From the IMG/VR virus record IMGVR_UViG_3300033986_000160: DNA of 60,970 bases; one strand, given 5' to 3'. The stretch is from an uncultured virus (IMG/VR IMGVR_UViG_3300033986_000160). Lineage: Duplodnaviria > Heunggongvirae > Uroviricota > Caudoviricetes. Position 1 is the stretch's first letter; the number at the start of each line of letters is the position of its first letter. This document shows positions 1 through 10,298 of the stretch, piece by piece. A model generated the notes under the pieces. That model did not search any database. It was not told where the DNA came from and saw nothing but the letters and a program-made list of their open reading frames with translations. The translations under genes and the position numbers were made by a program.

Positions 1-2
1 GA

Positions 3-1385
3 GTAGGAAAGGAAAATGAAGATGACTTCTCGCCTGCCGGTGTTCATGCTCGTTTTACCGAAGGTGAAATCAGATTCGGCAAAGTATGGGAGAAATTCGC
101 TCACTTGAATACTATGTTCCATATAAAGTTCTTGCAGGTAAGGTCTGCACTTGAGAGTTATGAACGCAGGGATTTATACGGCAAAGACTTTCAAAGATGG
201 GAGCATCCTATCCGGGACTTCCTCCGCCCAGCAATCGACCAGAATATAAACAACAAGTATGGAATACTGGTTGGCGGTTTGGTCGGCTCATTGTTTGGCC
301 GTACACTTTATGGTAAAATTATAGGAGCAACAGTTGGTGTTGCAGTAATTGGTTCAGGTAAGGCATACAAGAAAGCATATGAATTAATTTCAGGTGAGAA
401 ATGGATACCTGAACGCAGGGAAAAAGAACGTGATTTAAACGAATACATTGACATCCTGAAATTTATCAAATACAAGCGATTGTATGTTGAGTATGCACAG
501 AAATCAAAACTCAAGGAGAACTTTGATGTTCAGAAGTTCCTTGACGCTCAGAAAGCTCGTGGTGAAAAAAATAAAGCAAGAATCAAGGATCTTGAAGAAG
601 CAAAGAGGTTAATAAAAATCAAGGGCGACAGTGCAATACGGTCGATGTATAAACAGTATAGACCAAAATACGGCACCCCAGGAATGAACGTGGACGAGAT
701 GATATCTGCAATCAACAAAGAAATGACAGAACTCATGAATGAACGAAAGGCCGTTAAAGTTCCAAAGATTGCACAAAAGGCCATTGCATACTACAACTTA
801 TCAGAGAAGACCATGTACGGATACGATGTCGGAGAGCCTATCCAAAACATCCTGGCCGCAATGCCAAAGAAGGATAGACAGTATCTCAGTTACTTTATGA
901 AAGCTCCGGAAGAAGAACGCATGAAGATTCTTGAGGTGGCTCCACGGTATGTCCGCAGGGTTCTCGAACAAACATGGGGGCTGCCTGTTGAGGGCAAACC
1001 AGATCTTATTCAGTATTTCAAGCACCATCAACTTCCAGGACCTGACTGGGAAGGATGGGATGAAAACATAAACCTGGATCTGGTTAAAGTTAAAATGGTT
1101 CGTAATGAAGCCCTTGATATTTCAGATTTTAATATCTGGGAAGACGACGTGCAGCAGGCAAAAGCAATGGGACCTATTCCGCTGCCTAAACTATATATAA
1201 GTGACTATGCAGAGAAGGTAAAGGCAAAACTCGAAGATCTACTGCACGGAATAGGACTAAACGACGTATCTGTAAGCTATTCTCTATCATCAAAGGATAT
1301 TGATGTAGATATAGACCTGCAAAGAGACAAAAAGAAAGAGATAGAGAGGTACATTAACGAAAAAGGTGCATCTCTATTCCAATAG
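3..1385 (+). CDS. C-terminal part of a large virion protein (tape-measure-like or internal protein), 5' truncated by the window
   Basis: Frame is open from position 3 (VGKENEDDF...). Gly-rich hydrophobic segments (GILVGGLVGSLFG...IIGATVGVAVIGSG), Lys/Glu-rich helical region, directly upstream of the structural block. Confidence 0.55.
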   Translation, partial: VGKENEDDFSPAGVHARFTEGEIRFGKVWEKFAHLNTMFHIKFLQVRSALESYERRDLYGKDFQRWEHPIRDFLRPAIDQNINNKYGILVGGLVGSLFGRTLYGKIIGATVGVAVIGSGKAYKKAYELISGEKWIPERREKERDLNEYIDILKFIKYKRLYVEYAQKSKLKENFDVQKFLDAQKARGEKNKARIKDLEEAKRLIKIKGDSAIRSMYKQYRPKYGTPGMNVDEMISAINKEMTELMNERKAVKVPKIAQKAIAYYNLSEKTMYGYDVGEPIQNILAAMPKKDRQYLSYFMKAPEEERMKILEVAPRYVRRVLEQTWGLPVEGKPDLIQYFKHHQLPGPDWEGWDENINLDLVKVKMVRNEALDISDFNIWEDDVQQAKAMGPIPLPKLYISDYAEKVKAKLEDLLHGIGLNDVSVSYSLSSKDIDVDIDLQRDKKKEIERYINEKGASLFQ

Positions 1386-1396
1386 GGGGTTAAAGC

Positions 1397-4300
1397 ATGG
1401 CAATTAGACCGGTAATGAGTGCTAATATGAACAGTAACCTGAAGATGAACAGGTATAGTGATTTCTTCAATGGCATGGATGAAGAAAAGATTGACGCATA
1501 TAAAAACGTCCGTGGAATGATAGATGAGTTAAAAGGTACTGAAGCCGACGTATCATTAAAGGACTTTTATTTCAAGTCATTCAATGCAGGAGTAATGGAT
1601 TATAACATTCCTGCACTTGAGCAAGGCATGAATATGTTTAATGATATGCTGGACGCCGGTGCCGGTTCTGTGTACGCAATGGACCTTGAAACTCTCGGCA
1701 ACCCTTTTGGTGATGCATCAGAAAAGGGTTTGTTTGCCATTACAGAAATGACTCTTACCAAGAAAGATCTCGCAACAGGTACTGTCCTTGACGTACAAAA
1801 CGTCCTGTTCGGCCTTACTGAAGAACAAAGGCTTGCTTACGAAAATCTGATTGCCAGAGCTGAACTCGGATACAACTCATTGACCAGTTCAGAAAAGGCA
1901 ACTATAGAACGTCTTGCAAGGTATGGAGCAAAGGATACTAAGATTATTAACAGAGGAGGCAAAGCAATACTTGCCAACCTCGGTATAGCTAATCCTATGG
2001 ATCTTACCGCAGCAAAGAAGGGTTTAAATAGACTTGTAGATATAGGTCCCGGGCAGGCATGGGGTAGCCAGTTTGCCCGTGACCAGCTAATCATTGCATC
2101 AAATCACTTAAATCAGATAAAAGGCCCAAACAATATTTTGTTCACACACAACGGCAGCAAGTTTGATATGCCTGCTTTTAACGAAGCATTACGTATGCAT
2201 GGTATTAGCAATACAATTAACGACATAAACCATGTTGACTTTCAAGCTGCCATTCATACAGCATATGGTGGAGATACACTGAATCTTCACTTAACAGCCC
2301 GTGAAACAAACGGTGTAAAAGGTAAGATTAAAGGGGCTCTTGAAACTCTTGATAAACTTGCAGAATCTTTTGGTATAAGGACTCACGCCCATGTTGCCTC
2401 AAACGACAACAGGACGTTGATTAACCTTTTAACTGCTCCGTACAGGAAAACTGAGCATGGTACAATCAATCTTGGCCAGGACTTAAAGTCCAGACTGAAT
2501 GCATATTCAGTTCTGTCAAAACACCAGGACATTGATCCAAGCACTGTTGCTGACAAGGTTATATTCGTAAAGAATGCCGTATATACAAATGGTCTTGACT
2601 ACATAAAAACAAGTGAAGGAATCAAACCTTACGGAGACTGGCCATTACAAAGGAATAATTTCTATAGGATTGAAAATGTCGGGAAAGTAAATATCAAAGA
2701 CACCGCTTCTTTGCGGAAGATAGGCATAAATGTGCCTGCCGGAAGCACTGGAAGTGATCTTTATTATATGACACTACGCAATGTGGCTACCGGTAAAGAA
2801 GAAGAAACAATAAATATAGTACGTAGTTCAAGAGAAGAACTTCAGGCATTGTTCCAGAAAAATCTTGAGGTGTTCCGGTACACTAAAGACCTTAAAGATA
2901 TAAGTTCAGACCTTGACGCAAAGATGGCATTGCAAAACCAGATTGTAAGCCAGGCAATGATTGATGAAACGACAAGGCTTGCCACAAGGGACAATGCAAG
3001 ACGTAAGTTTGAAGGTATGTTCCAGACTTCAGGTAAAGGGTTTAATTATGCCAAAGGAATGTACCAAACCTATAATAATTTATACCAGAACGGCATTACA
3101 ACAGCGGAAGAAGCGGCACTCTATATCCAAAACAATCCTACAAGTGAATTGTTAAGAGGTCTTCAGTATAAAGGAGATATTATACCCGAACGTCGTAGTG
3201 ATTTCCTTGAGATGTTCAACCTCATCAGAGATACTTCAGACACGATGACTACTGTAATCAACAGAATTGAATCCAACATCCCAGTCAAAGGAGAAGCTGG
3301 AACCGTCAAAAGGACTGTTGCTCTCGGACGTGCGTATGAGAATCTTCAGAATGCAATTATGCAAGCCTCCGGTGTTGCTGAGAACATAGCAAAGAACAGG
3401 AAGCTGATAACCCCATATCCAATGGATATTGACGTTATTAATATAGGTGTTGATGACATTCATAGAATCACTGTAAGGGCTCGTTCTGTTGAAGAAGCAA
3501 GGATTAACATATTAAATGGAATAGACAAACTGGTAGGTACAGAGAAGAACAAGAGGGCAAGAGAAAACAAACGAATGTTCTATCTAAGACGGCTTGCAGA
3601 GAATGTCTATGGAAAAGATTCAGAGAAGCTGGAACGTATGTTTGGTCAGCTTGACAGTGCATACTATACTGCCGGAGAAATTGCAGGCGACCTTAACAAA
3701 CAGTTCCTTGACGGAACATTAAATATCGGCCGTGACGAGATATACGCTACAGATCTTGATAGTTATGTCATCAATTCATCTACATTTGACCAGTTCATGG
3801 TTGATAATAACATTAACGTTCTTGGCTTGACCGACGCTGCAAGTGCCCATATCGGGTCTTTAACCGAGGCTTCTCTTGGCGATACAGTTGTCATGGAAAA
3901 AGGCGTGTTTACCATTAAGGATGAAAACCTTAGAAAACTCTTGATGGAGGATTATCACTATAGTGCAGATAACGTGCACGACCTTATGAGAGGATTATAT
4001 GGTAAAAGTCCGGATGGTACTGAGTACGGCCTTGTCAATAAACATGGTTTGGTTGCCGAATTGTTTGTTGACGAAGAAGGGTATCTTTCTATAGCATTGA
4101 CAGACAAGAAACATGCAACAGAATTATACGAATCTCTGGCAAAGAACGAGGTTCCAAAGAATGCGGCCATATCAAGGCTTCCGCAGGTAAGCTATTATGG
4201 CGATGACACTGACCTGTTAAAGAAGGTGTCATTTGGAAGCGTTGAGAAACAGGTAACTACTGAACTTAATACATATTATTCTCCTGGTTCGAGCGAAAGC

Positions 4301-7300
4301 TATTATAATAACATCAGGATAGCTGCAAGGGACACAACCAGCGAATCGCTAAACTCCCTTGTTAAACTCCACAGGGTTCTTCCTGACCTGATAGAAGCAG
4401 GAGAGTACGACAGAGCTTCAAGGCAGCTTACAAATACAATGGCTGCTCCTATATTTGGAGGTTCTGGTTTCTCAGGAAATACAACAGTAGCAATTGACGA
4501 TATTCTTGCTGAAAAAGCTCTGCGTCCGAACGTATCCGATATTATCACGGCATCGACCGTAGATATGACCGGACTTGTAAACTTCATCCCTGAGCTCTAT
4601 AAAAGAGACGAAGAAATAAGAAATGACCTTAACCGCATACTTGTAAACAACAAAGCGATCGACGACAGATTTATTGATAACTGGATAAGGGATATCCAGG
4701 CAGGAAACCTCAAACAATTCAGTGACATGGACATCGAGTTACGTGAATGGTACACGATGAATATGTTTGAAGGTCATAAGATACTGCATAAAATCCGCGA
4801 CCTTAAAGCTGAAGGAGGACGTTTATTCCAGAAGGAAGTCTCATTACTTGACAGCTTGATTGCAAATGGAGCTTCGTTCTTTAACAAGGCTGAAAAAGTA
4901 TCTGAGGGTATTGCTGTATTGGAAAATCCATTTGAGTATGTAACATATGGATTCATGAATGAGCTTTCCCGTCCTGTCGCAAGGCAATCACTTGCATTTC
5001 ACGCCCTTGACCCAAGAGAACTTACAGGTGCTTCAGTTAAGCTCGAAGCGGCCGGTATGAAACTTGGACAGACTGTAGTTACAGACAAAATGTATAACAA
5101 GTATCTGAAAAAGTATAGGTTTGAAACAGGAATTACCGGTGACATAAAGAATTTGAATGACACCGAGATACTTGATGCAATAGAATCTCTTGACAAAGAA
5201 GAATTATACAAGAAGTATGGTAGGTCAAGAGTTGATAAGGTTATAAATGAATATAAGACAATCGGTAGTACATTCCAGCAGCACTCATTGATTAATCCGA
5301 TGCTGACTGCTGACATATACAACAAACCTGAGCTTATAAAATTTGATGTGACAGGCAATAGTTTTGAGTTTGCCGAAGGGCTTGGTGTTGGTAAAAAAAT
5401 CAAATCCGGTTCTTTACTCGGATACGAAATAGACGGAGAAACAAGAAGGGCTGTTGTATACAATGGTCAGGATGGAATAATCTCTGGATTTATCAACAGA
5501 AAGAACGCACAAAAAGTTGTCATAAAACCATTTAATGCACAGATAGATGAAATAAAGCTCATCATGGGAGGTGTTGAAAAATCTGTTGCATCTGTTGTAA
5601 ACCGAGATGCCGAAATGCTTCCTATAGCTCAGGAAATCTGGGATAAACTATTTGGTAAGAGTACAGCGGTCGTAGGGCGATTTGAAATAGGAAAGCACGA
5701 AGCTGCAAGCATCGCATACGGTAGCACTATTACCAGAATGGCTGAAAGAGCTCTTGAGCATGGAGAAGCTGTACAGAATGAATTCGCCAATCTTTTAAAC
5801 CAGAACCTTCCCGAATGGAATGGCCGATGGGAAGGAAACAAGTTTGTCATTTCAGGGAATCCGAATGCTGCCGGAGGACATTTCAGCGGCATACGAAACC
5901 TTGTTGATGCAATGAGAGATAAGGGTATTTATGATGATATCATAGCCGACTTTGACAATCCGAACACAAATACGCTGCGTACTTTGATATCTAAAGGTCA
6001 GATGTCCGAAATGTTTTCTGTCATGGAAGACGAAGCGGATATTTACGGAAAAGGTCTCAAAATTACAGACCGTGAGTTACAGATTGCAGGTATTAGATCT
6101 GGAGAACAACCGACGGATTTCTTTTTCCAGGATGCCAACGGTAAATGGCAAAAGAAATTACAACCTGTTATTGACGCATGGCGTGAGGAAATCACACGAG
6201 AAAATATCGAGCTTGAGAACGGTAAATTACTTGAAACCAATTACAGCAAAGCAAAGAAAGACCTTAGAAATATAACCAACACATACAGTGCATTGCGTGG
6301 CGAAACACCGACAGCAGCTATTAAAGAACTTCATTTTGATGATGTAAAACCGATATTAAAAGGTGTTGATGCTGCAACACTCGAAGATGCTTTAAAAGGG
6401 ACTGTGTTTGAAGATGTTGCCGATGTGTTTAAGATTACCCTTCCAAATAATATGAAGGTCTTAAACATGGTTACAGGCGAAATGGATGACCATATTTATA
6501 TACCGTATCTGCACTCATACGATATTGACGGCAAGGTTATTACACATAACGCCCACAGAAAATCAGCAGACCTTCTAAGGATGCTTGACAGTATTGCCGA
6601 AGGCAAACTTCCTAACGGCGTAAGAAGCATGAGTCAATTACAGAGTGCATTAAATGACGCTTATGCTGAAGCTATGGCCGCATACGGGCGTGAACTGTCT
6701 GATGACAAGAACAGTATATTAAAGAGACATCTGGTGTCCGGAAGATTATCACATTCGGGACAGGGACTTGCTGGTGCTGTTGTTTCACCTGAATTATTCA
6801 AAAACGGCGAAGTAGATTCACGGCTTGCCGGAATTGTGCATAGCGATGTTGTAGAGAAGGTCGGAGATAAAATACTCTATAAGGATGTTGCTTATACATC
6901 TGCTGAGATGCTCGAAGACATGGGTGTTAACTTTGCAGAGATAGGGCGGCAGGTTCTTGAAGACAAGAAAATACGTTCTCAGATTGGTGACGTGGACGCA
7001 TTTATTGCAAGATCCGGATTTAACCGCTATGATCTTACAAAGGCACCTATAGACATTGACATGCTCCATGAGATCATCAAGCAGAAGATACTGAAAGACA
7101 ACAATCCTTATACAATAGATGATGCAAGGGAAGCCCTTGAGAACCTCACTCAGCTTGGTAAATATTATGCAAGAGAAAAGGGTATCATGAGTATAATGCT
7201 TCGTTATCCGTCATTCTTGCAAACATCTCTTGGAGTAACAAATATCAGATTGTCTCCTTACATGCATGGTCGTAAATTCAACATCATGAGTTGGACGGCA

Positions 7301-10291
7301 GCAGGATTAAACGCCGATATTGACGCTGACAGACTTTCTGTATGGCTCAATCTTACAAAAACCGGAGGACTTCAAGCTGATACTGAAGTTAAACAGAAAG
7401 CACTGATAGATGTATTTAACGCTCAAGCAAGAAACAATGCCAAGCTATTTAAGAAGGCTCTTGAAGATTATGCCGACGTAGAGCCTGACGGACTCAAGGC
7501 TTATAGTGCAAAAGGCTTCGATGAATTTCTTGTCAAGAAGATTTCAAAGAAGTTAGGGTACACCGGAACAGATCAGGAAATCTTCGACCAGTTTGATGCA
7601 AGATCCAACAAACTGATGGACCCTGAAAGAAGAATGACAGCCGTAAAGGCCAACTTTGACAAGGCCGGTATCGGTTATATATCAAACACTAATGTGATTG
7701 TAAGGGATATAGCTTTTGAACAATTCAGAGATTCTGGTGATATATATACACTTTCAAACATCCTTGAGTTTACAGACAAGACAGAGCAGAAACTGATTGA
7801 CGTTAAGCATATGAAAACAATGGGCGATGGAGGCGGCAATATTGATGATATCATTATCAAAGCCGGACGATACAGAACTGCAATAAACACCCTCGCAACA
7901 GGTGACGCAAGGCAAAAAGACGAAGCAATCAACAAACTTCGTGAAATTTTGTTCAATAGTGATGTTTACAAGAGAGAGCAGTCCGTAAGGGTTGATGAAG
8001 TTCTCGGTTCGCTCCGTCAATTGTTTGACAGCAAGTATGCAAAACAATGGACAAACCCAATCAGAAGCAAGATGTCAGGAAAAAATTATGCCGAACAGAT
8101 TAAGGACGTCAATAACTTCCTGAAGAATCCCACAGCATACGGCGGGACTGAGTTAACAAATCTTTCTGTCAATGAAGTGATTCATGCAAATGATATAGAC
8201 ACTATAAGCATTGACGATACAGCTCTTGTTCCTCCATCAAAAGGAACAGAATATCCCGTCTTGCTAAAGGACAGTGCTGGCAAAACATCTCCACCAATAG
8301 GTGCATATGTATATAGTGGTTCAGGTGTTGGTGCCAATACCAATATGAAGTATGTTGAGCTTGAAGAATTCATCACAGATCCTTCTGTAAACAAAGCAAG
8401 AAGCAAACGTTACAGGATATACGGCAATACAATGGCTGATATCCAGCGTCAGATGAGAGATGAGTTCAGAGTAGCAACTGACATCAATGATGTCCAGAAT
8501 TTGATTGATGTTGAGAAGGGTAGAATCCTTGACTCGGCGATGTCAAGCGGTTTTGAGTTCGAGAAAGAGCGTATTACGGCTGAATTCTTAAACGGTGGAA
8601 GTATTGATGATATTTTGGCCAAATCAACCATAGGGGTAGAGAACCGTCAGGATATCATCGATCATCTTACCAATCTTAACCCTACTCAATATCAAAGCGA
8701 AGCATACAGGCAATTGGCTTCAGAGTTCTTTGACAACGAAATGACTGGCCGGCCAATGCGTAGATTCTCTGCCGCAGTATCAGAACTGGCTGAAAGAAAT
8801 TACATTGGAAACCAGGCAAGTCTTATACAGGCATTTAATAACTATATACGGCAACGTGGTGCTGAAGGCCCTTCAGACAAATGGAATCCTGCAATGATTT
8901 CAGATGTCCATGATGAATTAATCCGAAAGGCATTGTATCAGGTTCCAGGTCTTCCATCAGCACAGATAGAAGGAATCCTAAACCAGGTTAACACCGTAGC
9001 GGACGATATGATAGCCCGTAAAGGAGAAATACGGTTAAGACCTGCTAAAGTACAGAATGTTGCCGAGACTATTGCAAGAATACAGGATACTCCATTGTAT
9101 GACATGAAAAGTGCCTTCTCTCAACTTGAGAACATGGCAAACGATATGTTAGGCAATATAACAAAAACTCAACTGGAAAGTTTTGCTGAAGCAACACGGC
9201 TTAGTCCCGAAGATGCTATCGCAAAACTTAGGCATACTGTAAAGAACGAGAATATCCAACTTCCATTCAAGGCAATCACTCAGGCTGAAAGCGTTAAGAT
9301 AGCTTCGCTTAACCAAATGTATTCAGAGCTTCTTGCGTCAAAGAACCAAGAAGCAATGGATTTCCTTGGCTGGAAACCTATAAATGAAGTTGTCAACGCA
9401 TACAACCCAAGTGCGGCAGCAAGAGCTGTAGGTGAAACTTACGACCCAATTGCGGCCATACGTGAAATTGGCCAATCCAAAGTTACTTATGGAAGATATG
9501 CCGGCATGGAGTTCTCGTCATTATCAATCGGGGAGCTCAAGGAAATTATGAATCTCCGTCCTGAAACTGCAAAGACCAGGATTGAAGCAGACAATATTGT
9601 AGCTCTCAAACAAAGAGTAAATCAATATTTCTCATTGCTTGACCAGAATACATCAGCAGTAAGAGCTGAAGGAATTAGTATAAATATTCCTGAAGCTGTA
9701 CGCAAATCGAGGTATGTTGATGTAGATATAAACGAACTTTTAAAGTCCAATGGTATAGAGTTAAAGAACTTGGACGATTTATTGGATACAACCAAAAGGG
9801 ACTTAAAATTTGATATGGCTCGTGGTACAATAAAAGAAGGGGCAGAAAATGCTGTCAAGCGTTCCGAAGATTTGCTTGGAAGCAGTAAGTTCGGAAAGAT
9901 AGCTCTTGCCGGTTTGGCTCTTGGTCTTGCAGGATATATTGTTGGACAGATGAGTGCAAAACCAGGACCGCTACAACCGGAGCATAGACCTTCAGGCGAA
10001 GGAGCTCCCGCACCAGATGGAACTTACGAACCGAAAGTCAACTATAAAACACCACAACCGCAGATGCCAAAGAAAGCAGTAATGCAGGAAAACAATCCTG
10101 GAATGCGGATAAAGATAAGTGCAAAGAATGGAACCAGCATGTCAAACAGTGATGTTGCTGGAGCAGTAAACAAAGCCATCGCTGATTCCTTGCCAAATAG
10201 AATGAATGTCAACGTGGTTTCAAGAGACGACACCAGTGCAGTCAATGACAGTTGGTTGGAAGAACAGTTTAAGAGGCTTATAGGAGGGTGA
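1397..10291 (+). CDS. Putative virion-packaged single-subunit two-barrel (beta/beta'-like) RNA polymerase with N-terminal DEDDh 3'-5' exonuclease
   Basis: DEDDh motifs DLET (D96,E98), HNGSKFD (D257), HVASND (H332,D337). Beta-like motifs RPVARQS, KLIMGGVEK (K1387/K1395, same spacing as beta KMAGRHGNK), GKGLKITDRE. Beta'-like motifs ILKRHLVSGRLSHSG, LRYPSF, GLNADIDAD (aa 1970-1978). C-terminal hydrophobic helix IALAGLALGLAGYIVG. RBS GGGGT. Confidence 0.75.
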   Translation: MAIRPVMSANMNSNLKMNRYSDFFNGMDEEKIDAYKNVRGMIDELKGTEADVSLKDFYFKSFNAGVMDYNIPALEQGMNMFNDMLDAGAGSVYAMDLETLGNPFGDASEKGLFAITEMTLTKKDLATGTVLDVQNVLFGLTEEQRLAYENLIARAELGYNSLTSSEKATIERLARYGAKDTKIINRGGKAILANLGIANPMDLTAAKKGLNRLVDIGPGQAWGSQFARDQLIIASNHLNQIKGPNNILFTHNGSKFDMPAFNEALRMHGISNTINDINHVDFQAAIHTAYGGDTLNLHLTARETNGVKGKIKGALETLDKLAESFGIRTHAHVASNDNRTLINLLTAPYRKTEHGTINLGQDLKSRLNAYSVLSKHQDIDPSTVADKVIFVKNAVYTNGLDYIKTSEGIKPYGDWPLQRNNFYRIENVGKVNIKDTASLRKIGINVPAGSTGSDLYYMTLRNVATGKEEETINIVRSSREELQALFQKNLEVFRYTKDLKDISSDLDAKMALQNQIVSQAMIDETTRLATRDNARRKFEGMFQTSGKGFNYAKGMYQTYNNLYQNGITTAEEAALYIQNNPTSELLRGLQYKGDIIPERRSDFLEMFNLIRDTSDTMTTVINRIESNIPVKGEAGTVKRTVALGRAYENLQNAIMQASGVAENIAKNRKLITPYPMDIDVINIGVDDIHRITVRARSVEEARINILNGIDKLVGTEKNKRARENKRMFYLRRLAENVYGKDSEKLERMFGQLDSAYYTAGEIAGDLNKQFLDGTLNIGRDEIYATDLDSYVINSSTFDQFMVDNNINVLGLTDAASAHIGSLTEASLGDTVVMEKGVFTIKDENLRKLLMEDYHYSADNVHDLMRGLYGKSPDGTEYGLVNKHGLVAELFVDEEGYLSIALTDKKHATELYESLAKNEVPKNAAISRLPQVSYYGDDTDLLKKVSFGSVEKQVTTELNTYYSPGSSESYYNNIRIAARDTTSESLNSLVKLHRVLPDLIEAGEYDRASRQLTNTMAAPIFGGSGFSGNTTVAIDDILAEKALRPNVSDIITASTVDMTGLVNFIPELYKRDEEIRNDLNRILVNNKAIDDRFIDNWIRDIQAGNLKQFSDMDIELREWYTMNMFEGHKILHKIRDLKAEGGRLFQKEVSLLDSLIANGASFFNKAEKVSEGIAVLENPFEYVTYGFMNELSRPVARQSLAFHALDPRELTGASVKLEAAGMKLGQTVVTDKMYNKYLKKYRFETGITGDIKNLNDTEILDAIESLDKEELYKKYGRSRVDKVINEYKTIGSTFQQHSLINPMLTADIYNKPELIKFDVTGNSFEFAEGLGVGKKIKSGSLLGYEIDGETRRAVVYNGQDGIISGFINRKNAQKVVIKPFNAQIDEIKLIMGGVEKSVASVVNRDAEMLPIAQEIWDKLFGKSTAVVGRFEIGKHEAASIAYGSTITRMAERALEHGEAVQNEFANLLNQNLPEWNGRWEGNKFVISGNPNAAGGHFSGIRNLVDAMRDKGIYDDIIADFDNPNTNTLRTLISKGQMSEMFSVMEDEADIYGKGLKITDRELQIAGIRSGEQPTDFFFQDANGKWQKKLQPVIDAWREEITRENIELENGKLLETNYSKAKKDLRNITNTYSALRGETPTAAIKELHFDDVKPILKGVDAATLEDALKGTVFEDVADVFKITLPNNMKVLNMVTGEMDDHIYIPYLHSYDIDGKVITHNAHRKSADLLRMLDSIAEGKLPNGVRSMSQLQSALNDAYAEAMAAYGRELSDDKNSILKRHLVSGRLSHSGQGLAGAVVSPELFKNGEVDSRLAGIVHSDVVEKVGDKILYKDVAYTSAEMLEDMGVNFAEIGRQVLEDKKIRSQIGDVDAFIARSGFNRYDLTKAPIDIDMLHEIIKQKILKDNNPYTIDDAREALENLTQLGKYYAREKGIMSIMLRYPSFLQTSLGVTNIRLSPYMHGRKFNIMSWTAAGLNADIDADRLSVWLNLTKTGGLQADTEVKQKALIDVFNAQARNNAKLFKKALEDYADVEPDGLKAYSAKGFDEFLVKKISKKLGYTGTDQEIFDQFDARSNKLMDPERRMTAVKANFDKAGIGYISNTNVIVRDIAFEQFRDSGDIYTLSNILEFTDKTEQKLIDVKHMKTMGDGGGNIDDIIIKAGRYRTAINTLATGDARQKDEAINKLREILFNSDVYKREQSVRVDEVLGSLRQLFDSKYAKQWTNPIRSKMSGKNYAEQIKDVNNFLKNPTAYGGTELTNLSVNEVIHANDIDTISIDDTALVPPSKGTEYPVLLKDSAGKTSPPIGAYVYSGSGVGANTNMKYVELEEFITDPSVNKARSKRYRIYGNTMADIQRQMRDEFRVATDINDVQNLIDVEKGRILDSAMSSGFEFEKERITAEFLNGGSIDDILAKSTIGVENRQDIIDHLTNLNPTQYQSEAYRQLASEFFDNEMTGRPMRRFSAAVSELAERNYIGNQASLIQAFNNYIRQRGAEGPSDKWNPAMISDVHDELIRKALYQVPGLPSAQIEGILNQVNTVADDMIARKGEIRLRPAKVQNVAETIARIQDTPLYDMKSAFSQLENMANDMLGNITKTQLESFAEATRLSPEDAIAKLRHTVKNENIQLPFKAITQAESVKIASLNQMYSELLASKNQEAMDFLGWKPINEVVNAYNPSAAARAVGETYDPIAAIREIGQSKVTYGRYAGMEFSSLSIGELKEIMNLRPETAKTRIEADNIVALKQRVNQYFSLLDQNTSAVRAEGISINIPEAVRKSRYVDVDINELLKSNGIELKNLDDLLDTTKRDLKFDMARGTIKEGAENAVKRSEDLLGSSKFGKIALAGLALGLAGYIVGQMSAKPGPLQPEHRPSGEGAPAPDGTYEPKVNYKTPQPQMPKKAVMQENNPGMRIKISAKNGTSMSNSDVAGAVNKAIADSLPNRMNVNVVSRDDTSAVNDSWLEEQFKRLIGG

Positions 10292-10298
10292 GGTCATA

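Noticed and set aside
1397..10291. Tape measure protein or intein-containing protein
   Set aside because: Ordered enzyme motifs rather than helical repeats; no intein terminal motifs or LAGLIDADG signature seen.
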